Both the position numbers and the translations under genes were made by a program. A DNA stretch of 58,316 nt, filler included, from Sphacelaria rigidula (lineage: Eukaryota), in NCBI GenBank assembly GCA_964200075.2. It is 8 parts of 8 records of this genome, joined end to end, with 100 filler letters (N's around TTAATTAATTAA, not from the genome) between each part and the next. Parts side by side here need not be neighbours in the genome. Positions count along the whole stretch, not along the records: positions 7,304 to 14,506 come from CAXNAA020015984.1; positions 14,607 to 21,808 come from CAXNAA020015985.1; positions 21,909 to 29,110 come from CAXNAA020015986.1; 5 more parts are not named here. The stretch is one strand, 5' to 3'. The notes below the pieces were generated by a model that was not told the DNA's origin, did no database searches, and worked only from the letters and a program-made list of their open reading frames with translations. Below, piece by piece: positions 13,091-24,443 of the stretch; positions within the stretch are counted from its first letter, which is position 1, and every line of letters starts with the position of its first letter.

Positions 13091-13378
13091 GCGCATGATC
13101 TCCTGGGTCACGGCCGTCGTGGTTTTAACAGAAATGACGATGATAGGTGGAATCACGACGTATCAGATTGGATTTTTTTTTTCCCACCGCAAAAAGCTTG
13201 GTACATCAGAAGAAGATCGGATTCCCCCCCCCTCACGGTAGACGTACTTTTCCCCCCATGGAATAGGGATTTGCCAAGACACGCGCGGCCTAAGGCACGC
13301 CCTTTTTGTCATCGTCGAGACGAAAAAAGAAGCGAGATAACTAAAGAACAAGCAAGCGTCCACCATATATATCTGCAC

Positions 13379-13713
13379 GACACACGGCCATTTGGCTACA
13401 CCCCAAAATGCCTCCGGAGGGATGCGCGGCCCTCCGGGGGGAAAACGAGCCTCCGGCGGCCTTCAATCCCTCTAGAGGAAACCAAACTCTACCGCGACCC
13501 GGAGGGCCGCGCTCCCCTTCGGAGGAATATGGGGGCATGCGCGGCCCTCCAAAGGCAAAGATAAGCCTCCGGAGGTATTTAATCCCTCTGGAGGAAACCG
13601 AAGAATTGCCTCTGGAGGGCCGCGCACCCCTCCGGAGACGTTTAATTCCTCTGGAGGCTCGAAAAGTTCACCCACCTGGAGGAATTTTGGAGGTATCCAA
13701 ATGGCCGAGTGTG
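13379..13713. mobile_element. MITE family D with internal CCTCCGGAGG-type palindromic repeats; second, truncated copy at 14256-14472
   Basis: TIR cacacggccatttggctacacc / ggtatccaaatggccgagtgtg, with repeated cctc(c/t)(g/a)gagg units inside. Confidence 0.8.
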
Positions 13714-13963
13714 ACGTTGATCGCGCTCGCCGCGGGCGGTTTGTTCATGGTTGGTTGCAGCGACTAGTCGACACGCTGCTTTTGATGCTTGTTGTTTCGT
13801 TCTGCGCGAGTTTTACGAGTGGGCGTAACACGCTTATTTTCTCGTCTGGTGAGACACGGTTTCGAGCTTCACGCCCCCCGCACGTTGATTGGTCGCTCGA
13901 CGGGTCTGTGGTTGGTTGCAAGCGACTCATCGATTCATCGACAAAACAGAAAAACCGGCCTGA

Positions 13964-14225
13964 AACAACGTTTTTTTCGTGACATCGAGAGTAGAGCGCG
14001 GATTGAGAGTGGCTTCGATCCTTCGCTTTAACTCGGCCAATTTTTCATTCCGCGTGCGATTCCCTTTGCCTTTATCACTGCCGTGTGCTTACAGCTACAC
14101 GTCGATATATATCCTACTCAGGGATACCAAGGACCCCAATGGCAAGCTACAAGCTACTACAGAAAGAATATCGCGCCTCGTGAAGGGGCATTTCGGAACT
14201 GAAACGATTCATTTCACTACCTGAC
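13964..14225 (+). mobile_element. MITE family C, partial copy
   Basis: Colinear with 12781-13040 (gattgagagtggctt, gtgcttacagctac, gcatttcggaactgaaacgattcatt). Confidence 0.8.
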
Positions 14226-14606
14226 TGCTTCTTTTCATTCTTAACCTTATCCTCTACACACGCGGCCATTTGACTACACCTCAAAATGCCTCCGGAGGGA
14301 TGCGCGGCTCTCCCGAGGCAGAAGAAGCCTCCGGAGGCGTTTAATCCACCTGAAGGAAACCAAACACTACCGACCCGGAGGGACGCGCACCTCTCCGGAG
14401 GAATTTGGGGGTATGCGCGGCCCTCCAGAGGCAAAAAAAAGCCTCCGGGGGCGTTTCATCCCTCTGGAGGAAACAACAGCCAATCATCTATATTGAGGAT
14501 GGTGCTNNNNNNNNNNNNNNNNNNNNNNNNNNNNNNNNNNNNNNNNNNNNTTAATTAATTAANNNNNNNNNNNNNNNNNNNNNNNNNNNNNNNNNNNNNN
14601 NNNNNN

Positions 14607-14917
14607 AACGTCGAAATCTTCTGACGGGTGGATCGTGGGTTCAAATGTCGGAGTGATCTAGGATTTTTTCTCACACCATGCCCAACAGTGGAGAGCGACC
14701 CTATCGTGGGTACACAAAATTCGACTTAACGGTCGACGAGGGAAAGCGAGTGCTGAACCCCTCTCGCGATAAAAAAAAAAAGGCAAGCGCCGCAGAAGGA
14801 AGGTGGGATATTAAAAACAAGAAAAAAATAAGAAGCTCCTGTGTTGACCTTTCTCCGTGCGACCCTAGCTAGTGCGCCCACATACGCCGAAAGGTGTAGA
14901 CCAGCGTCCAGAATAGA
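14607..14917 (+). mobile_element. SINE family A copy, 5'-truncated by the contig edge
   Basis: cttctgacgggtggatcgtgggttcaaat...tcgtgggtacacaaaattcgacttaacggtcgacgagggaaag...ggtgtagaccagcgtccagaata. Confidence 0.7.
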
Positions 14918-15630
14918 TGGGAGGACAACACACGACACAAACAACACATCCACCAATATACGGTTACGATTTCATCATACATCATGTGTACCAATCCATC
15001 CCCACACGCCCACATTATAGCAGTCATGCTGCCCGGCTCCCATCGGCTCAGGGCCGCCTTGATCCGTTGCATTCCCCCCGCCCGTTGTGCATGTGCAAAT
15101 GTGCAGAGTACTGGCCATAATACTGCACGACTTTGCCGTCTGTATCACTTGCTGGTCGTGCTGTACAGCGTTGTTTTTTTACCTTTTGATGAACACTCAT
15201 TCGCACGCCGTGTCGCAATCAATTTCATCATGGGAGGAGACAGACAGTAATAGGGGCTACCGCTTCTTCCCTCAGGACGTCGTGCATCGATGGTAATATT
15301 AATGTGTAATAAGTGGGGTTAGTGCGCCGTGATGTCGTCGCTACACATCATGTCGATGCATAACGCTTGGAGCAACATACACACTGCAGTTGACACACAG
15401 CATCAGACTGGACGCGTGGAAACTTCACTCTCGTGCGGAGGAGAGCTGCATGGGCCCAACCACCAGTTATATGGGTTTACGGATCAAAGGGAAGTCCTCA
15501 CCCGATGTGTGTAACTCGTGGCCAGGTGTACGGATGTGGGGGCATGAGACTCTCGCGGGCTCAGACTTCAGTACAGCGAGCTGTTAGTCACGCATGAACC
15601 CTGTTGTCCGGAGTGTGTCTTTGGACATAC

Positions 15631-17255
15631 TCAAGCATGTCGATAACTGCACGTTGTTGCATATGATGTGCACAGGGTGATATACGTAAGAACCCAAGGC
15701 AGAACTCGTGCGATTCGGGTGATGAGCGCTGATGTTGACTCTTGACTCTTGTTGGATTCGAAACGTTCGTGGCTACGCGAATTTACCCACAAGAAGGCTA
15801 TGCCACCGGCGAACCTTGGGCGAACTCTAGAAATGTCCACAAGCAAACCAAAGCCGTAATCGAGCTGCTGTCGCGCTAATGGAGTCATCGTGTTCCCGAA
15901 CGCGCCCGCTTCTTCACGATCCGCCGTTCCGTATGCAGTACCGCTTTGAGCAACTTGAGAGTTCTTGGGATGTCTGCATGCCACAGTAACGAGAAATCAA
16001 CAAGGACGGGCACCAAAATAAGCCTTGCGTTATGTTGCGGTATCCGAGCTATATAACTGAAAACAGTTACGATATGACCCGACAACAGCACCGTTACAGA
16101 TAACAACGCTATAATACGAACACTTGTCCCGATGACCTACGAATATCACATGAGATAGACGCTTGAATATAGGAAACAAAGCACGACGCAAGGTGACACA
16201 CACATCCCTTTCAATCCGATAGACAACCCTCATAGTTTCCCGGCAACTCACTATATCGCACGCTCCGTTATTTCTCAATATTTGCTCTCTGGCGTTGGCA
16301 AGGAACGGCTCTCAGCGTATGACCGCATGAAGGCGATGGCGCTCCCTAAATTGCCAATTTTCGATGCAGCTGAAAACTCCACCTTCGTTCTATCTCGTCG
16401 AATCCCTACTCGCACCACAGTAGACACATCCTGTACACACATGAAAAACGACCCCACAAACTCACAGCTGGCGCACCCGTGATCCATCGAAGCATTGATC
16501 TCATTCCGCAAGCGCCAAGGCTGCTGCTCGTGCGGCTTCCGTTGATCGCAAGAGTCTCCAAGCAGAGTCCTTGCCTGAACCCCGTGGTGCTGCATCTTGG
16601 TCAGTCAATTTTTCGTGGTCTGCCGTGTCGACACTTTCCAACGCAGGATTCTGCTTACGAACGGTACAACCAGTCTCGGAACCCTGGCCAAACAGCAACA
16701 AAAAAAGAGCAGATGAGCACAACACACAGTGTAGTTGATGGCCCTTTGCTCAGTGACAAAAAAACACCGGCACCCTAATGATGTGATACAATCGCATTCG
16801 CAGCGAACGAGTGACGCCTCGCGTCATCTGGACGGGGGGCTTGTGCCATCAGGAGTGGAAAGCGCAACTAATCTCCAAGAAACCAGTATCCACTGTTTCG
16901 CCTGTGATGCCAGGCGACGACGCAGCGCCATCATCAATACGCTCAAAGCGAGTGATATAAGTAGTATAACGAAGAACCTACCTCTCACCTGTACGTATAC
17001 ACGTTTCTTCGGGTTCTCGCGCGCGTACGCATTTGTCCCATGATTTCTTTCTTCGTGATGTTATCCATAAAGCGCGAACGCCCAGCCTTCGTACATAATT
17101 TGATGATTTAGTGATGAACCTTCAAACCTCGAAGGGTAGTTAAATACACATCCAATATCGGCTTGCAAGACCCAGGTTGACACCAGGTCAAAATCATTAA
17201 CTCTTCGGGAACCCTCCCCTCTCGTCCCCGGTCCAGACATCTCATTATTTCAAGC
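15631..17255 (-). CDS. Possible exons of an unidentified gene (e.g. ~17121-17255 LEIMRCLDRG..., ~16500-16596 DAAPRGSGKD..., ~16275-16430, ~15690-15930)
   Basis: Protein-like open segments, some with plausible AG/GT ends. No family recognised and no consistent splice model established. Confidence 0.3.
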
Positions 17256-18300
17256 GCTGACAAAGAAGAAAATATGGGAAAAGAAAAAACCGACAACAAC
17301 CATTTTTACGGCGGAAGGCCACAGAACAATCCACCGACATGCGTTATGCTCGCACCAAAAATGTTGCCCCTGTGCGGTCGGATTAGTTTGATCGATATGA
17401 GGGGACGCAACGGGTCAAGTATGTTCAACTTTGTGCACAAAGCAAAAACCAGCACCGCGGCCTCTGAATTCCATACAACAAAAATCAGCACCACCTGCAT
17501 ATTTTCTATATATTTAGTCCCGTGTGCCACTGTGGCACACATTTATATAAGTCACGCATCCCACCGGAGTAATATTGTGCTGCAGTCCGGAGGTCGTACC
17601 CGCCCAACACTTGGCAAGCGTGCTAGGCCACATCACAGAAACGAAGTAGTATGGTCGAGCACACAGAAACTCCCTCATCACATGTGGAAGGATTGAGGTG
17701 TGATACAGTATTTGCGCGATTCACCGCCAGTTGGAAGCGGTCGCGGGTTTGAAAAACACACCTTGGGCAAAATAGTGGTCCTTGGAAGATGCAAACAATC
17801 CACCATACGTTGTAAAAAAATCAGCACCTCAGCACTTTTCCATTGCCAGTACCAAAAGGGTTGAAAAAAAGCACCCGTTTCGTTGAGCCAGAATGAAACC
17901 GTCAAAGCATGAAATTGCAGTGTAAACATGATAAATGTACACGTCTACAAGTCATGCTCAACGAAAATGTACCGGTTACGCGACATCAGATATTCTGTCT
18001 CTTGAGGTCCCGGAATCGCCTTGGTGACACCTGAGTGTTTCATACCCTTCGCTAATGGCCGTTGTGTGCCTCCTATGCGGCTCCATTTAGAAAAATCCAT
18101 TCGAGGACATGAGGCCAAACCGTATCTACACACGCATCCCTATACACGCGCGGTAGGCTCCACGTTCGCCCTGCGGCCTGTGCGGACACGTAAAATCTTG
18201 AGTCGGCATGTACAAGTGTCACCGAGCAAAGCAATAAAAACTTGATGCATACCCGACACGGTGAAGTGAAGTACAACGGTGTCACGAAAGCTCTCATCAC

Positions 18301-18539
18301 CTCAAGCTCGAGCTGCAGCTTCTGCAAGGCTTTCTCCGCTTCGGACATCGTCTCTCCTCGAGCAGCGGCGAGTAGAATACGCGCCCAGTTTCCCTTCGTC
18401 TGAGGCAACTTCTCCGTTGCTTGCCGGTCCGTAATGATTTTTGGCTTTGTCGACTCGAGCGTCGGCTGCGGTAGTAGGGGGAGCGCTCCCAACACATTCT
18501 GGAACACCAGAAGCGCCCCGACGTGAAGGACTTCTTGGC
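18301..18539 (-). CDS. UFL1: UFL1 exon (GQEVLHVGALLVFQNVLGALP...LQKLQLELE); 3' boundary uncertain
   Basis: Phase-1 CCAG acceptor. 'VLHVGALLVFQ' matches recalled UFL1 'ILHLTSVLLFQ'. Possible donor GAG|GTGATG, or read-through to the stop at 18073. Confidence 0.75.
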
Positions 18540-18883
18540 CTGGTAAAGACAAGTGCGACACATGTGCCATAGGGGAATAACTCCAAGGTCACCAGCGGAA
18601 GATGTTCGCGGTCGCATGATGACATCGTAAGGGGATGGCATCGGTATTCACATTGTGGAGCGAAAGTTCTCAATCGGTAAATCTGGAAGCTTCATATAGT
18701 GACAATACACTCCGGAAAATGATAAACGTGCCACAGTTGCCTGTTATATCAGGACTGGACGCCCATCGCGTGGTAGATCTGTTCTAAAAGACGACACGGG
18801 GAACGACGCACCCCGCTCCTGAGACTTTGACGTGCTGTAAGCCATGATACAACACGACAAAACACGATAAAACATGCTCACAC

Positions 18884-18995
18884 CTGACACGCTTCTGAAT
18901 AACGTTTCCTTTAAATCTTGCTGCCCCTCAGCCAAGAGCTGTCGTTCCTTGCGCTTGCCGAGGCGTCGTCCAACCAGGTTGCATGCCGAGAACAC
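18884..18995 (-). CDS. UFL1: UFL1 exon (VFSACNLVGRRLGKRKERQLLAEGQQDLKETLFRSVS)
   Basis: Contains the AC...K[RK][KR]ERQLL motif of the UFL1 C-terminus. Phase 0/1, compatible with the next exon. Confidence 0.8.
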
Positions 18996-19399
18996 CTGCT
19001 GGGGGTACACAAGTATCTCATCACACTGTTTCTTCAAAACGCGAGCATCTCACGCGCTACAGCAAGGAGGACTGTGTAAGCAGCATGACCATCGTGTACA
19101 CAAACTCCACCTCAATGTTCACTCATTGAGTTGACCCCAAAATAGTTCCTCATCAAAAGTGGTACTGTGTCTACTTGTTGTACACACCAAGAGTGAATCG
19201 TCCCATCCTTTAGCAGGATCCGGCTACTCGTCGAAGGCGTTTCTTCTACTGTCTCCGAGCGACCAAAATGTTGCAGCACACGTACTGAAAATCTGGGATT
19301 CCGGGCGGGCGATGCCTCTCTTTCACGAGGAATACCCGCATATCTAATTATGTACTTATTTTCTGAATTCCGATTCGACGGTTTTTTTCGCCTGGTCAC

Positions 19400-19522
19400 C
19401 TGGCTTTCAAGGATGTTGATGAACGCGGACACCTCCGTATCGGCCGTTGCAGCATGCCAAAGGCTACACAGAGCCTTACCCACGTCTTCGGGAAGTATCT
19501 CCACCAGCGCAGCGGAAGCTTC
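19400..19522 (-). CDS. UFL1: UFL1 exon (EASAALVEILPEDVGKALCSLWHAATADTEVSAFINILESQ)
   Basis: CAG acceptor, CAG|GTGA donor, 123 nt phase 0/0. Similar to recalled UFL1 'LSEETKVALTKL...IEDFISCLDS'. Confidence 0.75.
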
Positions 19523-20058
19523 CTGTAGCCCAGGATATGGAAAAAAAAACACGGAGGACAAAGCCACAAGAGACGTCCAACACGACCATTTCACCGTGAC
19601 AGCGGTCAGAAAGTACGGTATACCCACAGCCACCCTGCGTTTCTGCAACGGTGCACATGCCGGATAAAAAACCTGAGTATTATTGGAGAACTACACGACT
19701 AGTACTGCTACCCGCGTTCACGACACCGCAACAGCATATCGAGATTCAGACATTCACACATCGGGCTGGTCAAGAAGAACCGTCATCAGAGCTACAATAT
19801 CGAAAGTTACGGAATATATAATCGAGGGCGATGGCAAAATCAAGGTCGGTTCTCTCGTACATGAACTGTGGTAGCAACACCGCCCAAAGCTGTGTCGCTG
19901 GAAAATATCCCATCGACATGTCACTGTGAAAACACGAGATTTTACTGCAGTGCGGGCTCTTTTCTCAAGACAGTTGAGGTCGGGTGCTTCATGGCCCCCG
20001 GGGTAACCTATATTCCGCAACCCACGATTTGATACTTGGTTGGGCGTTCACGCTTCAC

Positions 20059-20127
20059 CTTCGTGATGGTGGCTGTGCGCACAGGGCCGCGACCTTCAGA
20101 GCTGTCTTGCGAAGCAAATAGGACACC
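20059..20127 (-). CDS. UFL1: UFL1 short exon (GVLFASQDSSEGRGPVRTATITK)
   Basis: Strong pyrimidine tract plus TAG, AAG|GTGAAG donor, 69 nt phase 0/0, bridging the flanking exons in frame. Confidence 0.65.
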
Positions 20128-20601
20128 CTACAAGAAGAGAGATGAAAAAACATCAGTGAGAGAGACGGGGAAGCGAATTAGCCCCGCGTCCTTGTCCGTG
20201 CACGCCGTATTCGAGCTCAGTCGTTCCTCGTGAGGACGGGAGACGGGAGACGGGTGGGGGGGGGGGGAGCGTGGACGGTGTCCGCATAGCCTCCATGTGT
20301 TACCCTTGAAGTCGACGCACTGTCCAAGAGTTACGTCTCAGTGGCAAACCCAGACGTCACATTTCTTGAAACGTTTCAAACGACTGGCTAACTCCGTCGA
20401 TTCACGTTTGGAAATAGCAGCAATGTCTTTTGTGCGCGTGCGCCAACCGCGGCGTCATTTCAGCGGCAAGAACTGTGACACTCTCCCAGGTACACAGTTC
20501 AACACGTTATTCGCAGTGAGCGCTATTTGCCCTCACAACGTGCTGTCATGGCCATGACACTCCTCTCCCTCCTTGTTGTTCTGCCTTCCAACCCTCCTCA
20601 C

Positions 20602-20886
20602 CAGCTTCGAACACTCCTTTTTGGTTATTACATCGGCCAGCTCCGCGCCCCTGGTCCTCAGCAAGTACGTCCCCGCCCGCCGTTCAGCATCTTCGGCGCT
20701 CCAAGCAGCACTATGCTCATCTTCTTGCCCTACCGCGATGCGCTCCGTCGACGGCACAGACGACGGGTGTGGCATGCCCTCCACCCCTTCCCGGTGACGT
20801 AGAGCATGCGTCAGGGCCACCAGCCCGCGAACGCACAGCTGAAAGCGGGAGTATTTTTGATCGAACATCGTCTCGAAATCATCAGC
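20602..20886 (-). CDS. UFL1: UFL1 exon (ADDFETMFDQKYSRFQLCVRGL...GTYLLRTRGAELADVITKKECSKL)
   Basis: AG acceptor (an in-frame alternative lies 18 nt upstream), CTG|GTGAGG donor. Matches the UFL1 pattern Y-x-x-x-x-L-x-x-[KR]-G ... [HY]LL[KR][ST]. Confidence 0.75.
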
Positions 20887-21174
20887 CTGCTCAAGTGCAT
20901 TGTTCTGAGGTGACGACAAATCCAAAGCAGCAGAGCGTTACGCGTGGGGGCAAAAGTAGCCCTAGCAGTCAATGATACGGTGGAGAAAGCTCGGTTCATT
21001 TGTGTTGTGAAACTCCTTGTACCGTTAATTGGGGCTTCCACATAACACGACAAGGGGCACGCCGGTGTATATCAATATCACGGCACAAAAGCGGGAGCAG
21101 AATCTATCTGGCGCGCGGCCCGATCCGGCAATTTAAACATCTGGCGACCGGAAGAGCAAAAGTGACGGACGTAC

Positions 21175-21339
21175 ATGCAGAGATCGCTCTCGGAAGCGCT
21201 GAATTGCCTGCGTCCTGGCTTCGCGAAGGCGAGGCAGCAGAAACTCGCCAAGCGCCGAGACGAAATACACGTGGTGCTGGAGCTCCGGGACGTTCGAAAT
21301 GACAAAAGAGCACGCCTCCCCCACGGAAACAGTATCTTC
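21175..21339 (-). CDS. UFL1: E3 UFM1-protein ligase 1, exon (EDTVSVGEACSFVISNVPELQHHVYFVSALGEFLLPRLREARTQAIQRFRERSLH)
   Basis: GCAG acceptor, CAT|GTACGT donor, 165 nt phase 0/0. Resembles the UFL1 segment I recall as 'EIEDFL...ISELAEYLIKPL'. Confidence 0.65.
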
Positions 21340-21916
21340 CTGCATTTTTCCGGGGAAGCACAAGAACTAAAGTACGTCATTGGCGAAATGGTCACCATTT
21401 TGGGGTGCGTAAGGTCATACGCCTTGGAAGGGGGGGCTTCGTCTCTGCCGTCACAGCTTCGAGTGACACTACAATAGATGGATAAATAGATAGATAGATA
21501 GATAGAGGGAGGGGTGGAGTGCACCAAGCAAAGGAGTTCATGGATGTGCTGCGTAGTACACAAGCTAACACGGTAGATGTACGTAAGTTCAAAAGTTGGC
21601 GAGCGGTGCAAATTACATGCACAATGTTTATTCTGAGAGTAATGGAGTGACATTTACTGCCTGCATCGATGCTTCAGAGTGACTCCTTCATGAAGGCAAT
21701 GGCTCGAACCCCCCCCCCCCCCCCCCCCCCCCCGCTCCCCCCCCCCCCGCAGCCGGGCGGCTGACCGCCACAGACAAAGCAAACGAAACGAAAAGAGACG
21801 CCCACCCANNNNNNNNNNNNNNNNNNNNNNNNNNNNNNNNNNNNNNNNNNNNTTAATTAATTAANNNNNNNNNNNNNNNNNNNNNNNNNNNNNNNNNNNN
21901 NNNNNNNNGGGGGGGT

Positions 21917-21977
<61 letters not shown>

Positions 21978-21979
21978 AT

Positions 21980-24160
21980 GACCGCAACGTTGCACCCTCG
22001 TGGTACAGCATGGTTCCACTCTCGACGTTCCCATGTGCAGTGTTTTCTGCATGAAAAGCCAAAGGGAAATCTTCTGGACGGGAATCTCATGGAGTGAAAT
22101 TTGGTGGTACTGTGATGATACAAGCTTCATGGCCCATGGCATAATTTTTGCCAGTCGGTCGTGACAGATTCTCCAATTCTTGGGTCTGCAATATCCGCCT
22201 TATTTGTCCCCTCTCCGCCTTCTCGATGTGCGGGTTGGGATTACAGTCATGACTAAGCACGAGGACAGGGCCGTGTTGACGTTGCCAACTTTTGTGTGAA
22301 CAAGAAGATCCCCACAGCGGTACGCAGCGACGGCACAGAGCCACGGAAAGGAGGAACAGTCGCCCAAGTTGTGTTCGACGTTCGATCTTTGCTGAGGCGA
22401 GATTCTTCCAGCGGCTGCCAAGCTCTCAGCTGTTCCATGCTGTCTTTACAGAAAGACAACATGTGTGCCAAGGATGAGTCATCTACGCCATCATACATCT
22501 AGAGCGACCGCGTCGTGGACAAATCGACGCTTCCTGACGTGACCGTTGATGAGATTACAAGGGCAACCTGAGGACGCCGTCAGCACCCAACAGGCAAAAC
22601 TGTACACCGTTGTAACGTCCAACCTTTTCCAGGATGCCCTTCAGTCCAGTAGGAGCCGCGGAAAGTTCCGTGCCAAGTGCAACTCCGATCAAAGTCGTCT
22701 AGCACCAGAATCATTTTGAAGTCGACCAGAATCATTTTGAAGTCGAAACACCACCGTCCACGGTTGGTGGGTGACGGAGGCAGGGTCCAAAGCACACTAC
22801 CGTCGTGACGCACGCTGTTGATGATGATGAAACGGCACACAGATCCTATGCTTTGACCCGTGGTGAGCGAACGATGTCTACGCTGTACCGTTGGGTACGC
22901 CATGAGTGGGGGGTAAGCTTGCGTACAACTCATGTCCGCCACAACGGCGTGACCGACGACCGTGTAGTTTTGACCGACAGTTGTTGTTGGGCGTACCCTC
23001 GTGAGCTCAGATCGAGTCCTCATTCGGCGTTGATTTCGACTCGGTACACCAGGTGCGATACGAGATCCGACATACAACAGCAGGGTAAGCAGAGACGGTA
23101 CCGCGAACGACACGTACACCTGGTACTGGTCCATCCTGAAATGATTGTGGGCGACAGCCCGGGATGTTTCTCGGCAGAAAACACGGGTTGTCCGGTGCCC
23201 ACATGCTCAAGGGTCAAGGAAGTTCCACAGCGGGAGGTACAGACAAAGCAGCGGTTTGACGTTTCATGAAACGCGCAACGAACGGCGGTTTCTAGAATCC
23301 CTCGTTCGTGATTGAAGTAACTCCTCGAGATCGGCATCACGCCAAGGCTTGGGGCCAGCTATAATACAGAGATCATGTGTCAACATGTTACAAAAAACAC
23401 TGTAGCGACATACGTACAGAGGGTAACTCGGCATTACCTCGAGAACCACGTCTCACATTACAAATGGCTCACGATTTAGTATGTCATGCACCGCATTTGA
23501 AAGTCGTGCATCACCTCGATTGCAACAGGCAGCGCTCAAGAGTCTGAATAATCCTCCCAAGTGTTTGTCTGGCGCATTGAGCGCTGTGCCTAGCGAATAT
23601 GTGTACATGTACTCTCTACAGAAAAGAAATGGATGGGTTCATGGTTGACCCGATTCACTGACTGTAACTACGAAGCACTAGTTTCGAGTCAGGGATCATG
23701 AAGGCTTGCTCTTCAACAACAGTAAGCACACTTCGATACACCTGCCGAAAACTATCGTTCCGGTGTGCCGTCCTGCTGTTCATCCTCAAACCTGGGTAGA
23801 GAAGGCAACCTCCAACGTGGAAAATATGTACAGCTCGCACTCGCGCGGTCCCAATTACTTGCTCTCATTGTAGGCTGATAACACGATAGTTCATCATTTT
23901 GGTGAGGCCTTCACTACACTGACCCTATGCTGTTCAGAGATACAGAGTACTGGCTTGTTGTGTGCGGACGCTGTTATTTTGTTGTGTGATAAGTACAGTG
24001 GTGTGGACAACAGTGGTCAGAAGTGGTCTCGTTGCGCAGCACGTTACACATGGCGATGATGACCCTTCTACTGAAAAGGGCACACCCTCAAAACGTTCGC
24101 AGACGAGGTACGGGATCTCCACAACTCTCGACGTCGACAAGGAGGATATGCACACTACGA
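21980..24160 (-). CDS. Possible multi-exon gene of unknown function
   Basis: Several protein-like segments bounded by AG/GT: DFPLAFHAENTAHGNVESGTMLYHEG, DGVDDSSLAHMLSFCKDSMEQLRAW, VLDDFDRSCTWHGTFRGSYW, ILETAVRCAFHETSNRCFVC. No family recognised. Confidence 0.35.
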
Positions 24161-24378
24161 GTACATGATCAGCAAGGTTTCACAAGACAGCGTATGCACA
24201 CCTCCGTACTCTCGACAAGTACACAAACCAACCCTACCTTGACATGTTCACATCAGGACCTCTTCTTGAAGATTATTTTCAAGTCATTTTGTTCATCTCA
24301 GCGCATCGGTTTCTCAGTCAACACACATGCTTCTCCTCATGTCTAGAAAACTCAAAACATGATCTCGTAGAAACTAAC

Positions 24379-24443
24379 CTGGGGGCCACGAACGCCTGGG
24401 CGCCAGCGGCGCATGCAACAGCCATCACGCAAGCAGTCTTCAT
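24379..24443 (-). CDS. First exon with a bipartite plastid-targeting leader typical of brown-algal light-harvesting (FCP/Lhcf) proteins: MKTACVMAVACAAGAQA|FVAP
   Basis: ACAATG start context, ASAFAP-type cleavage motif AQA-FVAP, phase-2 donor AG|GTTAGT, CCAAT about 45 nt upstream. Closely resembles the recalled Lhcf leader MKSAVMAVACAAGAQAFVAPS. Confidence 0.7.

Noticed and set aside
21175..21477. Protein-like + strand ORF (MQRSLSEALN...)
   Set aside because: It is the antisense shadow of a UFL1 exon.
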